A model generated the notes under the pieces. That model ran no database searches. It saw nothing but the letters and a program-made list of their open reading frames with translations, and was not told the DNA's origin. 64,000 nt of DNA from Hormoscilla sp. Its GTDB lineage: Bacteria > Cyanobacteriota > Cyanobacteriia > Cyanobacteriales > Desertifilaceae. Shown here in pieces: positions 20,666 through 30,657 of the stretch. The stretch is from the NCBI GenBank assembly GCA_051439505.1, contig JBFRWI010000228.1:62638-126637 (forward strand), in the 5' to 3' direction. Both the position numbers and the translations under genes were made by a program. Each line of letters starts with the position of its first letter. Within the stretch, counting starts at the first letter, position 1.

Positions 20666-21583
20666 ATGGATATGGTAGCAGTGATCCCCTATTACAACTT
20701 CTCGAATAGCAGCCATAGAGAAACTGCTCTACAACGTACAGTTGCCTCCCTGGGGTCTGAGATCGAGATTCTCTTGGTCGCTCACAATCTCGGCCCGTCC
20801 CGGAAAATATTGTCCAAGTCCTCCAATCTCCGAATCATCGATATCCCATCTGCCTCCATAGTTTGGCAAAAAGAACGCTTTCTGAACATAGCCTTATCAT
20901 CCATTTCTACAGACTATAATTATATAGCTTGGATAGATGGGGACATCATCTTTAACGATAACTCATGGCAAATAGAGTTGCGACAAGCATTGGAGACTTC
21001 ACAACTCGTCCAGCTATTCGATCGGGTGGTAGATGTTCGCCCCGAAGAAGATCGCCTAGTCGAAACCACCGGAGCCATGAAACGTTCGGTGGTCCGGTTC
21101 TTCGAGAATGGAACCCTCGATGGCAGTTACTTTGCCAAGAGTGGCATCTCTCAAAGGCTGGGCTGTGCGCCAGGGTTTGCCTGGGGAGCGCGAGTAGAAA
21201 CCATGAAGAGGATCGGTTTTCCGGATATTTTCATACTGGGTGGCGGAGATAAGGCATTATTAGCAGGAGCCCTCGGACACCACGAAATCTTTTGTAGGAC
21301 TCTGGCATTGAACCAGCATATAGGCAAGCGATACATGGAGTGGGCCCAAATCGCCTTTGAGTCCATCCAAGGCAAAATCGCTCACTTGAGTAACAGGATC
21401 TATCATATCTATCAAGGAGACTATCAAAATCGAAGCTATTCAAATCGGCACCAGCTACTCGCCGATGAGCGGTTCACGATCGAGGAATATCTGGAGAAGA
21501 ATGAATTTGGCGCGTGGCAATGGCAGCGGGATAACGAGTACGCCACCAGAATAGCCAACTATTTTGAACAGAGAGGGGATTAA
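20666..21583 (+). CDS. putative GT-A fold glycosyltransferase-like protein
   Basis: WQKERFLNIAL...YIAWIDGDIIF (DxD), PGFAWGAR, GGGD. Confidence 0.65.
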   Translation: MDMVAVIPYYNFSNSSHRETALQRTVASLGSEIEILLVAHNLGPSRKILSKSSNLRIIDIPSASIVWQKERFLNIALSSISTDYNYIAWIDGDIIFNDNSWQIELRQALETSQLVQLFDRVVDVRPEEDRLVETTGAMKRSVVRFFENGTLDGSYFAKSGISQRLGCAPGFAWGARVETMKRIGFPDIFILGGGDKALLAGALGHHEIFCRTLALNQHIGKRYMEWAQIAFESIQGKIAHLSNRIYHIYQGDYQNRSYSNRHQLLADERFTIEEYLEKNEFGAWQWQRDNEYATRIANYFEQRGD

Positions 21584-21630
21584 GCAATTGCTAAGCAGTG
21601 GAAATTCTGTAAGTTAGGGGAAAATAAGTT

Positions 21631-22869
21631 TTGAATGTTTTTAGCACCCTCAGTTCCAAATTGCGCCACAACCTGCTGATTCTGTTCGTGACAGGTCTGC
21701 TGTTTTGGTCCAGTCTCGGTTCCCTGCTGGGCACCCTACCTCTGTATATCCAGCATGTGGGGGGCACTCCTCAACAAGTGGGCATGGTCATAGGCTCCTT
21801 TTCCCTGGGACTGCTGTTGTCTCGCAAGTCTATTGGGCAGATGGCAGACAAGCGCAGTCGCAAACTTGTTCTGTCCATCGGCAGCGGTGTGGTGGCGATC
21901 GCCCCCTTGGGCTATCTGTTGTTCCAGTCTATTCCGCTGCTGACAGCAGTCCGGGCGTTCCACGGCATCAGTACTTCTGCCTTCACCACAGCTTATCTGG
22001 CCCTAGTGGCAGATATCTCTCCTCCCCAAAACCGCACTCAAATTATTAGCTACATGCTTTTGGTGATATCCTTAGGTCTGTCGATCGGACCTGCCGTGGG
22101 AAGTGTTCTGACCGAATCATTCGGTTATTCGACTTTATTTATCTTCACTTCCTCTTTAGGATTATTCAGTCTAGTATGTGGCTTACAAGTCAGAGAACCA
22201 TCAGTGCCTCAAGGGGAACCTGTTAGGACATCTCCACCGGAAGAGGACAAATTCTGGAGTAGGTTAAACACTCAGAGTATCGGCATTCCTACCCTGTTGT
22301 TTTTCTTAGTAGGAGTAGTTTTTGCAGCCCGGGTAACTTTCGTTCCTTTATTTATGAAAGATATAAATGTCGATCTTAATCCCGGCTGGTTCTATACCGC
22401 CAGTTCGATCGCTAGCGTATGCAGTCGTTTAGCAATCGGTCCCTTGAGCGTTTGGTGTGGCACAGGGCTACTTATTAGCATTTCTCTGCTGCTGTACGCC
22501 CTGGGGATGCTAACTTTGTGGATTTTCGTCCATCATGCCATACAGTTTTTAATCGCAGGCATCATACTTGGGTTGGGGTTTGGTATGATTATTCCCCTGA
22601 TGTCTGCGATGATAGCATGCCGCTGCCACTCTCAGGAACGGGGGCGCGTGTTTAGTTTGTGCCTGGGGGGGTTGGATCTGGGCATGGCGATCGCAGGTCC
22701 AGCATTTGGCTTAGTTGCAACTTCTACAGATTATCGCAGTATGTTCGCCCTTGCCGCTGCCCTCTCCTTTCTCAATCTCATAATTTTTACCACCATGTCT
22801 AGCAAAAACTTATCTCATTCTCTCCGGTATGCGATCGGCAAGGGCAAAGATGTTTATGCCATCGATTAA
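21631..22869 (+). CDS. MFS transporter
   Basis: About 12 hydrophobic segments; motif A GQMADKRSRK. Confidence 0.93.
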   Translation: MNVFSTLSSKLRHNLLILFVTGLLFWSSLGSLLGTLPLYIQHVGGTPQQVGMVIGSFSLGLLLSRKSIGQMADKRSRKLVLSIGSGVVAIAPLGYLLFQSIPLLTAVRAFHGISTSAFTTAYLALVADISPPQNRTQIISYMLLVISLGLSIGPAVGSVLTESFGYSTLFIFTSSLGLFSLVCGLQVREPSVPQGEPVRTSPPEEDKFWSRLNTQSIGIPTLLFFLVGVVFAARVTFVPLFMKDINVDLNPGWFYTASSIASVCSRLAIGPLSVWCGTGLLISISLLLYALGMLTLWIFVHHAIQFLIAGIILGLGFGMIIPLMSAMIACRCHSQERGRVFSLCLGGLDLGMAIAGPAFGLVATSTDYRSMFALAAALSFLNLIIFTTMSSKNLSHSLRYAIGKGKDVYAID

Positions 22870-22878
22870 TTATTGTCA

Positions 22879-22960
22879 ATGGCATAGAAGCAGTTTGGCC
22901 AGTTTACCCCCAGTAGTGATTCAGCGGGCCAAGCAGGTGATCGGGCTGCGTGAAGGAATG
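22879..22960 (+). pseudogene. degenerate duplicate of the mutS 3' end
   Basis: ATGGCATAGAAGC...CCCCCAGTAGTGATTCAGCGGGC.AAGCAGGTGAT-CGGGCT.CGTGAAGG matches 20195-20310 with deletions. Confidence 0.85.
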
Positions 22961-23020
22961 TAAGGTTGGGTTGGAGCAACATTACCCAACAGCGACAAGC
23001 ATTATACCATAACTTAAACA

Positions 23021-23497
23021 ATGCCGAACACAACTATCCTGCTTTTGCTGGTTCTTTCCACAGGGCAAACACATATCAAGGGACTATTACTATCTGGTAA
23101 AATGGAAACAGTATATCTACCTCCTGAGCCCAAAGGTCGAAGTTTACTAGCCTCCAGTCTTTTGCTCGCCTCCGTATACTTCGCTACAATCACTTTATCC
23201 GCCTGTACAGGAGAATATATTATGACTTCATCAAACGACGAAATTGTTACCCTTTATGTTGGCCCCAATTTGGTGGACTGCATGGGAGTTGCGCCCCAAA
23301 AATGTATGTTGGTGCGCGAAGAGGATGAGCAGGAGTTTACTTATTTCTACTTTGGCATTGAGGGATTTGATTACGAACCAGGCTATAACTATAAGCTGCG
23401 CGTTCGCAAAACCCCGATCGCAAATCCTCCTATGGACGCTTCGTCTATCCAGTGGACCTTAGTCGAACAGTTGGAAAAAACTCCCGCTACCCCATAA
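23021..23497 (+). CDS. DUF4377-like protein, possible lipoprotein
   Basis: VDCMGVAPQKCMLVR...IEGFDYEPGYNYKLRV...DASS; LSAC lipobox; start uncertain. Confidence 0.8.
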   Translation: MPNTTILLLLVLSTGQTHIKGLLLSGKMETVYLPPEPKGRSLLASSLLLASVYFATITLSACTGEYIMTSSNDEIVTLYVGPNLVDCMGVAPQKCMLVREEDEQEFTYFYFGIEGFDYEPGYNYKLRVRKTPIANPPMDASSIQWTLVEQLEKTPATP

Positions 23498-23514
23498 AAG
23501 CGCTAAAGCGCTTA

Positions 23515-24765
23515 CTACGAACCTGAGTACAAACTGACTACGCGCCCCTGCAATTTCCGCCCTAACCAAGGCGTATTAGCAGCACGAGTTTTCAGAGTTC
23601 TATTCTCAACAGTCCAGGTCTGTTGAGGATCGAACAGCAGAATTTCCGCATATTCTCCTGCTGAAATGACAGCAGGTTGCTGCTGCAAGCATAAAGCTGG
23701 ATTTGTACTCAGACTCTGCCATAATTTAACAGCCTCTAATTGCCCAGTTTCTACTAAACTGTGCCACAATAAGGGGAATGCTAGCTCTAACCCGATCGCC
23801 CCTGGAGGTGCTTCGGCAAAAGCTACAGTTTTTTCCTCGTATGTATGGGGACTGTGGTCGATCGCGATCGCATCAATTACCCCATCCCTGACTCCGGCAA
23901 TTAAACTCTCCCGATCGATCGGGTTTCCTAAAGGCGGTTCCAAGCGCAAATTCGGGTCATAGGAATGACTGGCAATATCAGCAGTATCCAGCAACAGATG
24001 CATCCAGGTACTGCTAGCTGTCACTGGCAATTTGCGACTCTTAGCATCAGAGATCAGTTCCACAGCCCCAGCAGTAGAAACCCGCATCACATGGACAGGC
24101 GTTCCAGTATATTCCACCAATTGTAACAAAGCCGCCAGAGCCGTTGTTTCCGCAATTGCTGGAGTTCCCGGTAACCCCAAACGGAGGGAAAAAACTCCCT
24201 CTCGCATCACCCCATCTGCCGCCAAACTGCCGTTATGGGGCCACAGGGCCACCGGCTTTCCTAAAGGCTGCAAGTATTCTAACAAACGTCTGAGTAGAGC
24301 CATATTTTCCACTGGTTTACCATCAGCAAAACCTACCACTCCTGCTGCGGCTAACTCTGCCAATTCAGTCATCTGTAGTCCTTGGGTACCCAAAGTAAGA
24401 GCCCCCCAGCAATAGAGATGGGGGACTCTTTTCATCAAGGCCAAAGCCGCTGGGTTATCCACTGACGGCATCGTATCTGGTAAAATGGCAATTCTGGTAA
24501 AACCCCCCGCCGCCGCCGCTGCCATTAGAGTCTCTAAAGTTTCCCGCTGCTCAAACCCAGGTTCTCCAGAATGACTGTACAGATCCACTAGCCCCGGTCC
24601 CATTACCAGTCCCCGGCAATTCTTCACATTCACCGAACTGGGATAGTCCGCAATTTTGGGGGCGATCGCCTTAATATAACCCTCTTCTATCAGCACATCA
24701 CCGACTCTATCTGTACCCGAAACTGGCTCAATTAAACGCACTTCTTGCAGCAGTAATTCACTCAT
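23515..24765 (-). CDS. pyrC: dihydroorotase-like protein (cyanobacterial PyrC type)
   Basis: PGLVDLYSHSGEPG, AAAGGFT, LRLEPPLG, IAIDHSPH. Confidence 0.85.
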   Translation of the reverse strand: MSELLLQEVRLIEPVSGTDRVGDVLIEEGYIKAIAPKIADYPSSVNVKNCRGLVMGPGLVDLYSHSGEPGFEQRETLETLMAAAAAGGFTRIAILPDTMPSVDNPAALALMKRVPHLYCWGALTLGTQGLQMTELAELAAAGVVGFADGKPVENMALLRRLLEYLQPLGKPVALWPHNGSLAADGVMREGVFSLRLGLPGTPAIAETTALAALLQLVEYTGTPVHVMRVSTAGAVELISDAKSRKLPVTASSTWMHLLLDTADIASHSYDPNLRLEPPLGNPIDRESLIAGVRDGVIDAIAIDHSPHTYEEKTVAFAEAPPGAIGLELAFPLLWHSLVETGQLEAVKLWQSLSTNPALCLQQQPAVISAGEYAEILLFDPQQTWTVENRTLKTRAANTPWLGRKLQGRVVSLYSGS

Positions 24766-25005
24766 TGTCGCTAATTTTCAATTGTTACCCTCTCTTCCTC
24801 TCGTTCTTCTCGTTCTTCTCGTTTCTCGTTGGCAGGTTCTACCTGCCAACGGTATTCTGAGGCTCCCGCCTCCAGTCAGCACAGGAGTGCCGAGTCAAGA
24901 TTGGAATCTGTTGAATAAAATGCTATTACTGTACCGTAGCAGATGGTGGGCGGTGCCCACCCTACATAAATTACCATTTGTAGCATCTGGTGGGCGGTGC
25001 CCACC

Positions 25006-26343
25006 CTACAGTGCTCCTGCTGCTGTTTTGTCGAGAATGCTGCCACTAAGGTGAGTGGTAATATTATCGGTTTCTAGCACTGGTTTCCCGTCCAGTCCTT
25101 TGGGGTAATCAATCACCGTAACTGCACAATTTCCCTGCTTAAAATTCCAGAAATGCTCTGGAGACAAGCCAAACAATTGGCAGAGAACCGCTTTATTGAT
25201 CGCATCGTGGGCAACCACTAAACCTATACTGTTAGGGGGCGCTGATTTAACAATTTCATTCCAAGCTGCCATTCCCCGTTCCCAGACCTGCTGCAAGTTT
25301 TCTCCCTCTGGCATTTGCACCGTTGCCGGAGCCGTTTTCCATTGCTCTAATTGACCGGGAAACCCCTGTTCAATTTCTGCTTCTAACTTCCCTTCCCACA
25401 AACCGTGACTTATTTCTCTGAGTCCCTCGGACAGTTGCAGCTGCACTTTCGGATGATGCTGGAGAATAATTTCTGCTGTTTCCTTGGGGCGTAACATGGG
25501 GCTAGTCACGGCAAAATCAATCTGCACATCTTTGAGAAACTCCCCAGCATTCTGGGACTGTTTGCGCCCGTTTTCATTCAGGGGGATATCATTCCATCCC
25601 TGAAACCGTTTCTCACGATTCCATTCTGTTTCCCCGTGACGCACTAGCAACAGTCGGCAACCGCGATGTCCTTCTCGCGGTTTCGGGAAAATCTCTCCCA
25701 TATGAGATGTGAGATTCATCGATTCTAGCTGCACTGCGTCGCCCAGATCTCCTGCAAAATTCAGCACGCTGATGCCACAGTTAGACTGCTGGAGCGAATG
25801 GTAGTAAGCTGGTGGAATACCCACAGCAGTTCCTAGCAAGCAACGGTTAATGCCGTTGTGCGCCACTACCATAATTGTCTTGCCTGGATGGCGAGGCAAA
25901 ACTTCCTGCCAGAATGCTTTTGCTTGCTCGTAGAGTGCTAAAACTGGATAATGTTCTGAGTTTCCCTCTGGTGAGGGTACTAGCATGTGAAATTCTTCGG
26001 GACGTTCCTTCCAGCAGCGGTAGTCGGCGGCAAATTTTTCCTTTACCTCAGCCCTCAGCATTTCTTCCCAGAGAGGCAGGTCGATCTCTCTCAAATTATC
26101 TACCTCACGCACTTCCGGCGATGCTTCTAAGCCCGAAGCGATAATTTCTGCCGTGCTTTTCGCCCGTTGCAAGGGACTACAGTAGATGGCATCAAAGCTG
26201 AGACCCTTGAGGGCGACACCCACTTTGCTGGCGTCGGCACGACCTTTTTCCGTTAAGACTGACTTGTCACAGCGGCCCTGAATTCGGCCTTCAAGGTTAT
26301 AACTGCTTTGACCGTGGCGGACTATAATAACGCGAGTAGTCAG
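25006..26343 (-). CDS. two-domain histidine phosphatase family protein
   Basis: Two RHG motifs (VRHGQS, VRHGET); probable CTG start at 26343. Confidence 0.92.
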   Translation of the reverse strand: MTTRVIIVRHGQSSYNLEGRIQGRCDKSVLTEKGRADASKVGVALKGLSFDAIYCSPLQRAKSTAEIIASGLEASPEVREVDNLREIDLPLWEEMLRAEVKEKFAADYRCWKERPEEFHMLVPSPEGNSEHYPVLALYEQAKAFWQEVLPRHPGKTIMVVAHNGINRCLLGTAVGIPPAYYHSLQQSNCGISVLNFAGDLGDAVQLESMNLTSHMGEIFPKPREGHRGCRLLLVRHGETEWNREKRFQGWNDIPLNENGRKQSQNAGEFLKDVQIDFAVTSPMLRPKETAEIILQHHPKVQLQLSEGLREISHGLWEGKLEAEIEQGFPGQLEQWKTAPATVQMPEGENLQQVWERGMAAWNEIVKSAPPNSIGLVVAHDAINKAVLCQLFGLSPEHFWNFKQGNCAVTVIDYPKGLDGKPVLETDNITTHLSGSILDKTAAGAL

Positions 26344-26757
26344 GGTTTTATCCTCCGTATTTTGCGCTACAGCTGGATTTACATAATACAACGCTAATTA
26401 TTTTACCCTGTATGGTGTACTCAAGCCAATATCGCAAACCGGAAGAGGCGATCCATTGCCCCTCCCAGCGATGGTTCAAACCTGACTATCCAGATACTTC
26501 CCAGTCCATAATCGCTTTGTTCTGCCATTCTTCATCCCAGCCTAAATCTAGTTCATCAACCAGTCTACAAGCCTTTCTCCTCGCAATAAGCCTGGTCCAA
26601 TGACTCCCGGTGAAGCATTCCATGCCCACCAGTTATCAGTGCTTGACATCCGATCGTCATGCTTGGCTATTTTAATATCAAATTTGGCTATTTTCACTTT
26701 TAACCTGCTGTTCGCAATGTTAAAATATATATTATTTATTTTTCAGCTAATAATTTC

Positions 26758-27145
26758 GACTGTGAAACTGAAGATGTAAACCGTGAAACTGAAGATGTAA
26801 ACTTTAACACAGAATCTTTCAACGGTAAATCAGAGTATTTTAATGGCAAATCAGAGTATTCCAATGGCAAATCAGAGTATTTTAATGGCAAATCAGAGTA
26901 TTCCAACGGCAAATCAGAGTATTTTAATGGCAAATCAGAGTATTTTAACAGTGAAGCCGAGCAGTTTAATGGCAAATTAGAGTATTTTAACGGTAAAGCC
27001 GAGCAGTTTAACGGTGAAGCCGAGGATTTTAACGGTAAAGCCGAGCAGTTTAACGGTGAAAGTGAGTAGTTTAACGGTGAAAGTGAGTAGCTTAATGGAA
27101 AAAGTGAGTATTTTAACGGTGAGCTTGAGTATTTTAACGGTGAAC
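26758..27145. repeat. 21-bp minisatellite, about 18 diverged units (TTTAAYGGYAAATCAGAGTAT type)
   Basis: Read directly; gives 7-aa periodicity in every frame. Confidence 0.92.
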
Positions 27146-27384
27146 CCGGTGGTTGGAAGCAAGCTCTTAATGCAATTACGATCAACTGTCCAAGGGTTAT
27201 TCAGCGTCCTGCGATGATTATTCACTGCCATGCAAGCGAAATTCAGCGTTTGACTCCGATCGCGCAGTGACGAAAGAGTCTGTAGCGTAGTCATGCAGAT
27301 TCCTAACTGTTATATAGTACTGATAGCGTCGGAAGCGTGCAAAGCGCTGACTACAAACTGCTCACTATTATTGACAACGAACGA

Positions 27385-28881
27385 ATGACTATCAAGCGGT
27401 TGATTTTAGGTGCCCTGACGGTTTTGGCTCTGGCCCTAATTGGTCTGTCTCTGTACAGTAGCTGGAGTCAGCCTCAGTTTCAAGGTCGTCTGGAACTCTA
27501 CGAAACTAATCTCTTTCTCCAGGCCAGCGAGTGGGAGGGTGGTTCCAACGGTGGGCGCGAGAGGTCTGTACGTGAGATCCTGCTAGGGGAAGGCGTGATT
27601 GAAACTGCCTTACAACAGTATCAAGATGCCCGATCGCAGGCCCAGTCCTTACTAGACCAACTCCAGATGCAACTCCCCCAGTCTGTGGACCCCAGCATCC
27701 CCGGGCGAATATCTCAGTTGGACAATGAGATCGATATTTTAGATCTGCACATCGGCATTTTACAGGTAGCTACTGACCAAGCGGAGGCTGCAATAGATAC
27801 CTGGGAGAATTTAATCTCCGATCCAGAGTCAAGCTTGTTTAATACTGCTATCCTTTTAGAGGGACTTTGGAGCGATCGTCCTGACTTCCCCACTGATGCT
27901 GAGATCCAAATTAACGAACAGTTGGACGGATGGTTCCGCTATCGAGCTTCGGAGCGACTTTATCAATTACAGCGCAGCCAGGACGCCCTTGCTGCGCTGT
28001 CCACAACGGAACAAGAGGTTGCCCAGGAAGCTTTTTTCAAGTTAGTGCTAGCTAGCGGTATTCAGACTCTAGGCGCAGTCTTGGGGACAGGATTGTTAAT
28101 TTTTCTCGGAGTCCAGCGACTGCTGAAAGGTAAAGAATCTCTCTGGACTCAGAATGTAGATCTTTCCTGGTCCCCCCCTTGGGATATCGAGACGATTTTG
28201 CAGGTACTTGTGGTCGGGTTTTTCTTTGTCGGCCAAATTTTCATTCCCCTGATCTTGCAGTCCCTGAACATCGACCTATCTGCTGCTAGTCCGACGACGA
28301 AGGCTTTTTATATTCTGGTCAATTATCTGTTACTTGCCTTTGGGGGGGTGTTAGTATTAGTGCTATCTGTCAAGCCTTTTTTGCCCTTGCCCAGCCCTTG
28401 GTTTCGCTTTGATTGGCTAAAATATCAATGGTTAGCATGGGGACTGGGTGGCTTTATCGCTGCCATGCCTTTGGTGATTGCCGTATCTTTAATTAATCAG
28501 CAGTTCTGGCAGGGACAGGGGGGCAGTAATCCGATTTTGCCCATCGCTTTGGAGGGCCGCGAACCATTGGCGATCGCCCTTTTCTTCTTGACTGGTTCGG
28601 TTGCTGCACCGATATTTGAGGAAATCATCTTCCGAGGGTTTCTCTTGCCTTCTTTAACTCGCTATTTTCCCCTTTGGGGGGCGATCGCATTTTCTAGCCT
28701 CTTGTTTGCTGTTGCCCACATGAGTCTTTCGGAAGTCTTGCCCCTGATGACTTTGGGCATGGTCCTGGGGTTCGTTTATACCCGATCGGGCAATCTCCTC
28801 GCTCCCATTTTACTCCACAGTCTCTGGAATGGCAGTACCCTATTCACTCTCTTCCTCCTCGGCAGTGGTGCCAATGGTTAA
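27385..28881 (+). CDS. CPBP (CAAX/Abi) intramembrane metalloprotease
   Basis: APIFEEIIFRGFL, FAVAH, HSLWN. Confidence 0.92.
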   Translation: MTIKRLILGALTVLALALIGLSLYSSWSQPQFQGRLELYETNLFLQASEWEGGSNGGRERSVREILLGEGVIETALQQYQDARSQAQSLLDQLQMQLPQSVDPSIPGRISQLDNEIDILDLHIGILQVATDQAEAAIDTWENLISDPESSLFNTAILLEGLWSDRPDFPTDAEIQINEQLDGWFRYRASERLYQLQRSQDALAALSTTEQEVAQEAFFKLVLASGIQTLGAVLGTGLLIFLGVQRLLKGKESLWTQNVDLSWSPPWDIETILQVLVVGFFFVGQIFIPLILQSLNIDLSAASPTTKAFYILVNYLLLAFGGVLVLVLSVKPFLPLPSPWFRFDWLKYQWLAWGLGGFIAAMPLVIAVSLINQQFWQGQGGSNPILPIALEGREPLAIALFFLTGSVAAPIFEEIIFRGFLLPSLTRYFPLWGAIAFSSLLFAVAHMSLSEVLPLMTLGMVLGFVYTRSGNLLAPILLHSLWNGSTLFTLFLLGSGANG

Positions 28882-28949
28882 TTGCTAATTGCTAATTGCT
28901 AATTGCTAATGGTTAATGGTTAATCGCTCATTCCATTAACCATTAACCA

Positions 28950-29660
28950 TTAATTGTCCGACTCTGGCAATTCACCAAAGCGTTGACGATAGCGTTCAAC
29001 TATCTCAGCTAATGATGCTGCTTGCTGTTGGGCCTGTTGAGCGATTTCTTCTGATGTCTGGTACCGAGTGCCGTTTTGGTCATACCAGCATAGCACCTCC
29101 CGCCAGATACCGCCTAGAGATGCGATCGCCCTTCCAATGCCTAAACCTATTTCCGGCATCCAGAATGGTTCTCCTATTTGCGGCACGTACCCCCCATTTA
29201 CTAAGCGATATACCACAAACGGTTGTTGTCTATCTCGTTGCCAATACTCCGGGTTGTACACGACATAGTATAGCACTCCCAGTCGGGAATATATATTCAT
29301 TTTGCGATCGTATTCTCCTCCATAAGTACGAGAAACAATCTCCAGCACCAATATTGGTACTACACCATTTTCTTCCCAGACCACATAGCTGGAACGCGAA
29401 CCATTGTTCTTTCTCCGTTCCACGCCTAAACTCAGAAAGCCATCTGGCACAGCTGGGACTAACGCACTCACGCCCGTCGTATGATAGACGGCCATATCCA
29501 CGCCCCAAAACCAGTCCTGGCGATCGGGCCAGATAAACGCCAGTAAGAATAGCAGGAAATTGGGAATATAATTTTGCTCTTCGTTATCCACGGGGGTATC
29601 ATCCGAACAAGGTAACTCCTCGCTAGTTGGTAAATCTAGCTTCTCCGATAATTGTACCAT
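28950..29660 (-). CDS. Uma2 family endonuclease
   Basis: LPCSDDTPVDNE, VPDGFLSLG, VLEIVS, LGVLYYVVYNP. Confidence 0.9.
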   Translation of the reverse strand: MVQLSEKLDLPTSEELPCSDDTPVDNEEQNYIPNFLLFLLAFIWPDRQDWFWGVDMAVYHTTGVSALVPAVPDGFLSLGVERRKNNGSRSSYVVWEENGVVPILVLEIVSRTYGGEYDRKMNIYSRLGVLYYVVYNPEYWQRDRQQPFVVYRLVNGGYVPQIGEPFWMPEIGLGIGRAIASLGGIWREVLCWYDQNGTRYQTSEEIAQQAQQQAASLAEIVERYRQRFGELPESDN

Positions 29661-29753
29661 TTCTTACTCTCCTCATCTTTGGTGATGCTAATGGTTAATT
29701 GCTATAATTATTAACAATTAACCAGATCGCTCAACGTCCCAGGCCCCATGACA

Positions 29754-30395
29754 TCATAAATTGGTGCTTTCCACACCAATTATATCGTCATAGGCCGCAA
29801 CTATTGCACAGGAAGATAAAGGAACCGTTACCAATAGTCCTAGTCCTAGCAGCAGCGCTCCGCCTAGGTTAATTAATCCCAATACTAGACCAAAACCAAA
29901 AATTGAGAACCATCGCTTAGTGACGATTTTGCGACTTGTCTCCATCGCTGGCCAAAAATCCATTTTTCTGTCCAATATGAGGTGAATTGTGAAGAAATAG
30001 GAGACGGCCAGATAAATTCCCGGAATGATTAGTAATATCATCCCCAGAGCTGATATAATGGACATGGCGACATTTGCTAACACCAAGGGTCCCAAATATT
30101 GAAAACCCTTGAAAAAGTCTCCGATAACCGTTTTCTGTCTTTTGACGATCTGCAATGCAGCAATTGTAAACCCTGCACTTAGGGGAGCCGAAATCAAGAA
30201 GTTTACCGGAGCGCCTATTCGCTCGTCAACTTGACCTAGGGCTATCCAGATAATTATCCAGATGACATAAAACCCAACAAACAGACCCAGTTTCTGCTGA
30301 CATATTTTCCAACCCTCATCTAGATATTCTCCATTTTTTACCGTATAGCCTTCGCTAATTACGGTTTCCAGGTTTTTGGGAATGTTCTGTGACAT
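29754..30395 (-). CDS. conserved integral membrane protein
   Basis: DFFKGF, LLIIPGIYLAVSY, FWPAMETSRK. Confidence 0.85.
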   Translation of the reverse strand: MSQNIPKNLETVISEGYTVKNGEYLDEGWKICQQKLGLFVGFYVIWIIIWIALGQVDERIGAPVNFLISAPLSAGFTIAALQIVKRQKTVIGDFFKGFQYLGPLVLANVAMSIISALGMILLIIPGIYLAVSYFFTIHLILDRKMDFWPAMETSRKIVTKRWFSIFGFGLVLGLINLGGALLLGLGLLVTVPLSSCAIVAAYDDIIGVESTNL

Positions 30396-30657
30396 GATTT
30401 TTGCTCCTCAACAACTGTTAGCATCTGCTCCCGTCTGTCCGAACCAGCACGGCCATGAGCCACTTTTTCAGAATATCATATAATTTCGCTAATCCGACAG
30501 TAATAGATAAGTCAGCTCATATCAGGTTATGGTAACTCACCACCACACGATCGTCAACAAAAAGTCAGTAAAATTAAAAGAACATAAAGTTTTGATAATT
30601 TCGGATCGAGTAGGATAAAATAGGAAAAAGTCATTTATTGCTATCCCATTCAGTTAT

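Noticed and set aside
26412..26660. Transposase or gene remnant upstream of the phosphatase
   Set aside because: Only short frames with no motif I could assign
26758..27145. CRISPR array or confirmed RiPP precursor
   Set aside because: No spacers, leader peptide or modifying enzymes; the adjacent CPBP gene looks like a core gene
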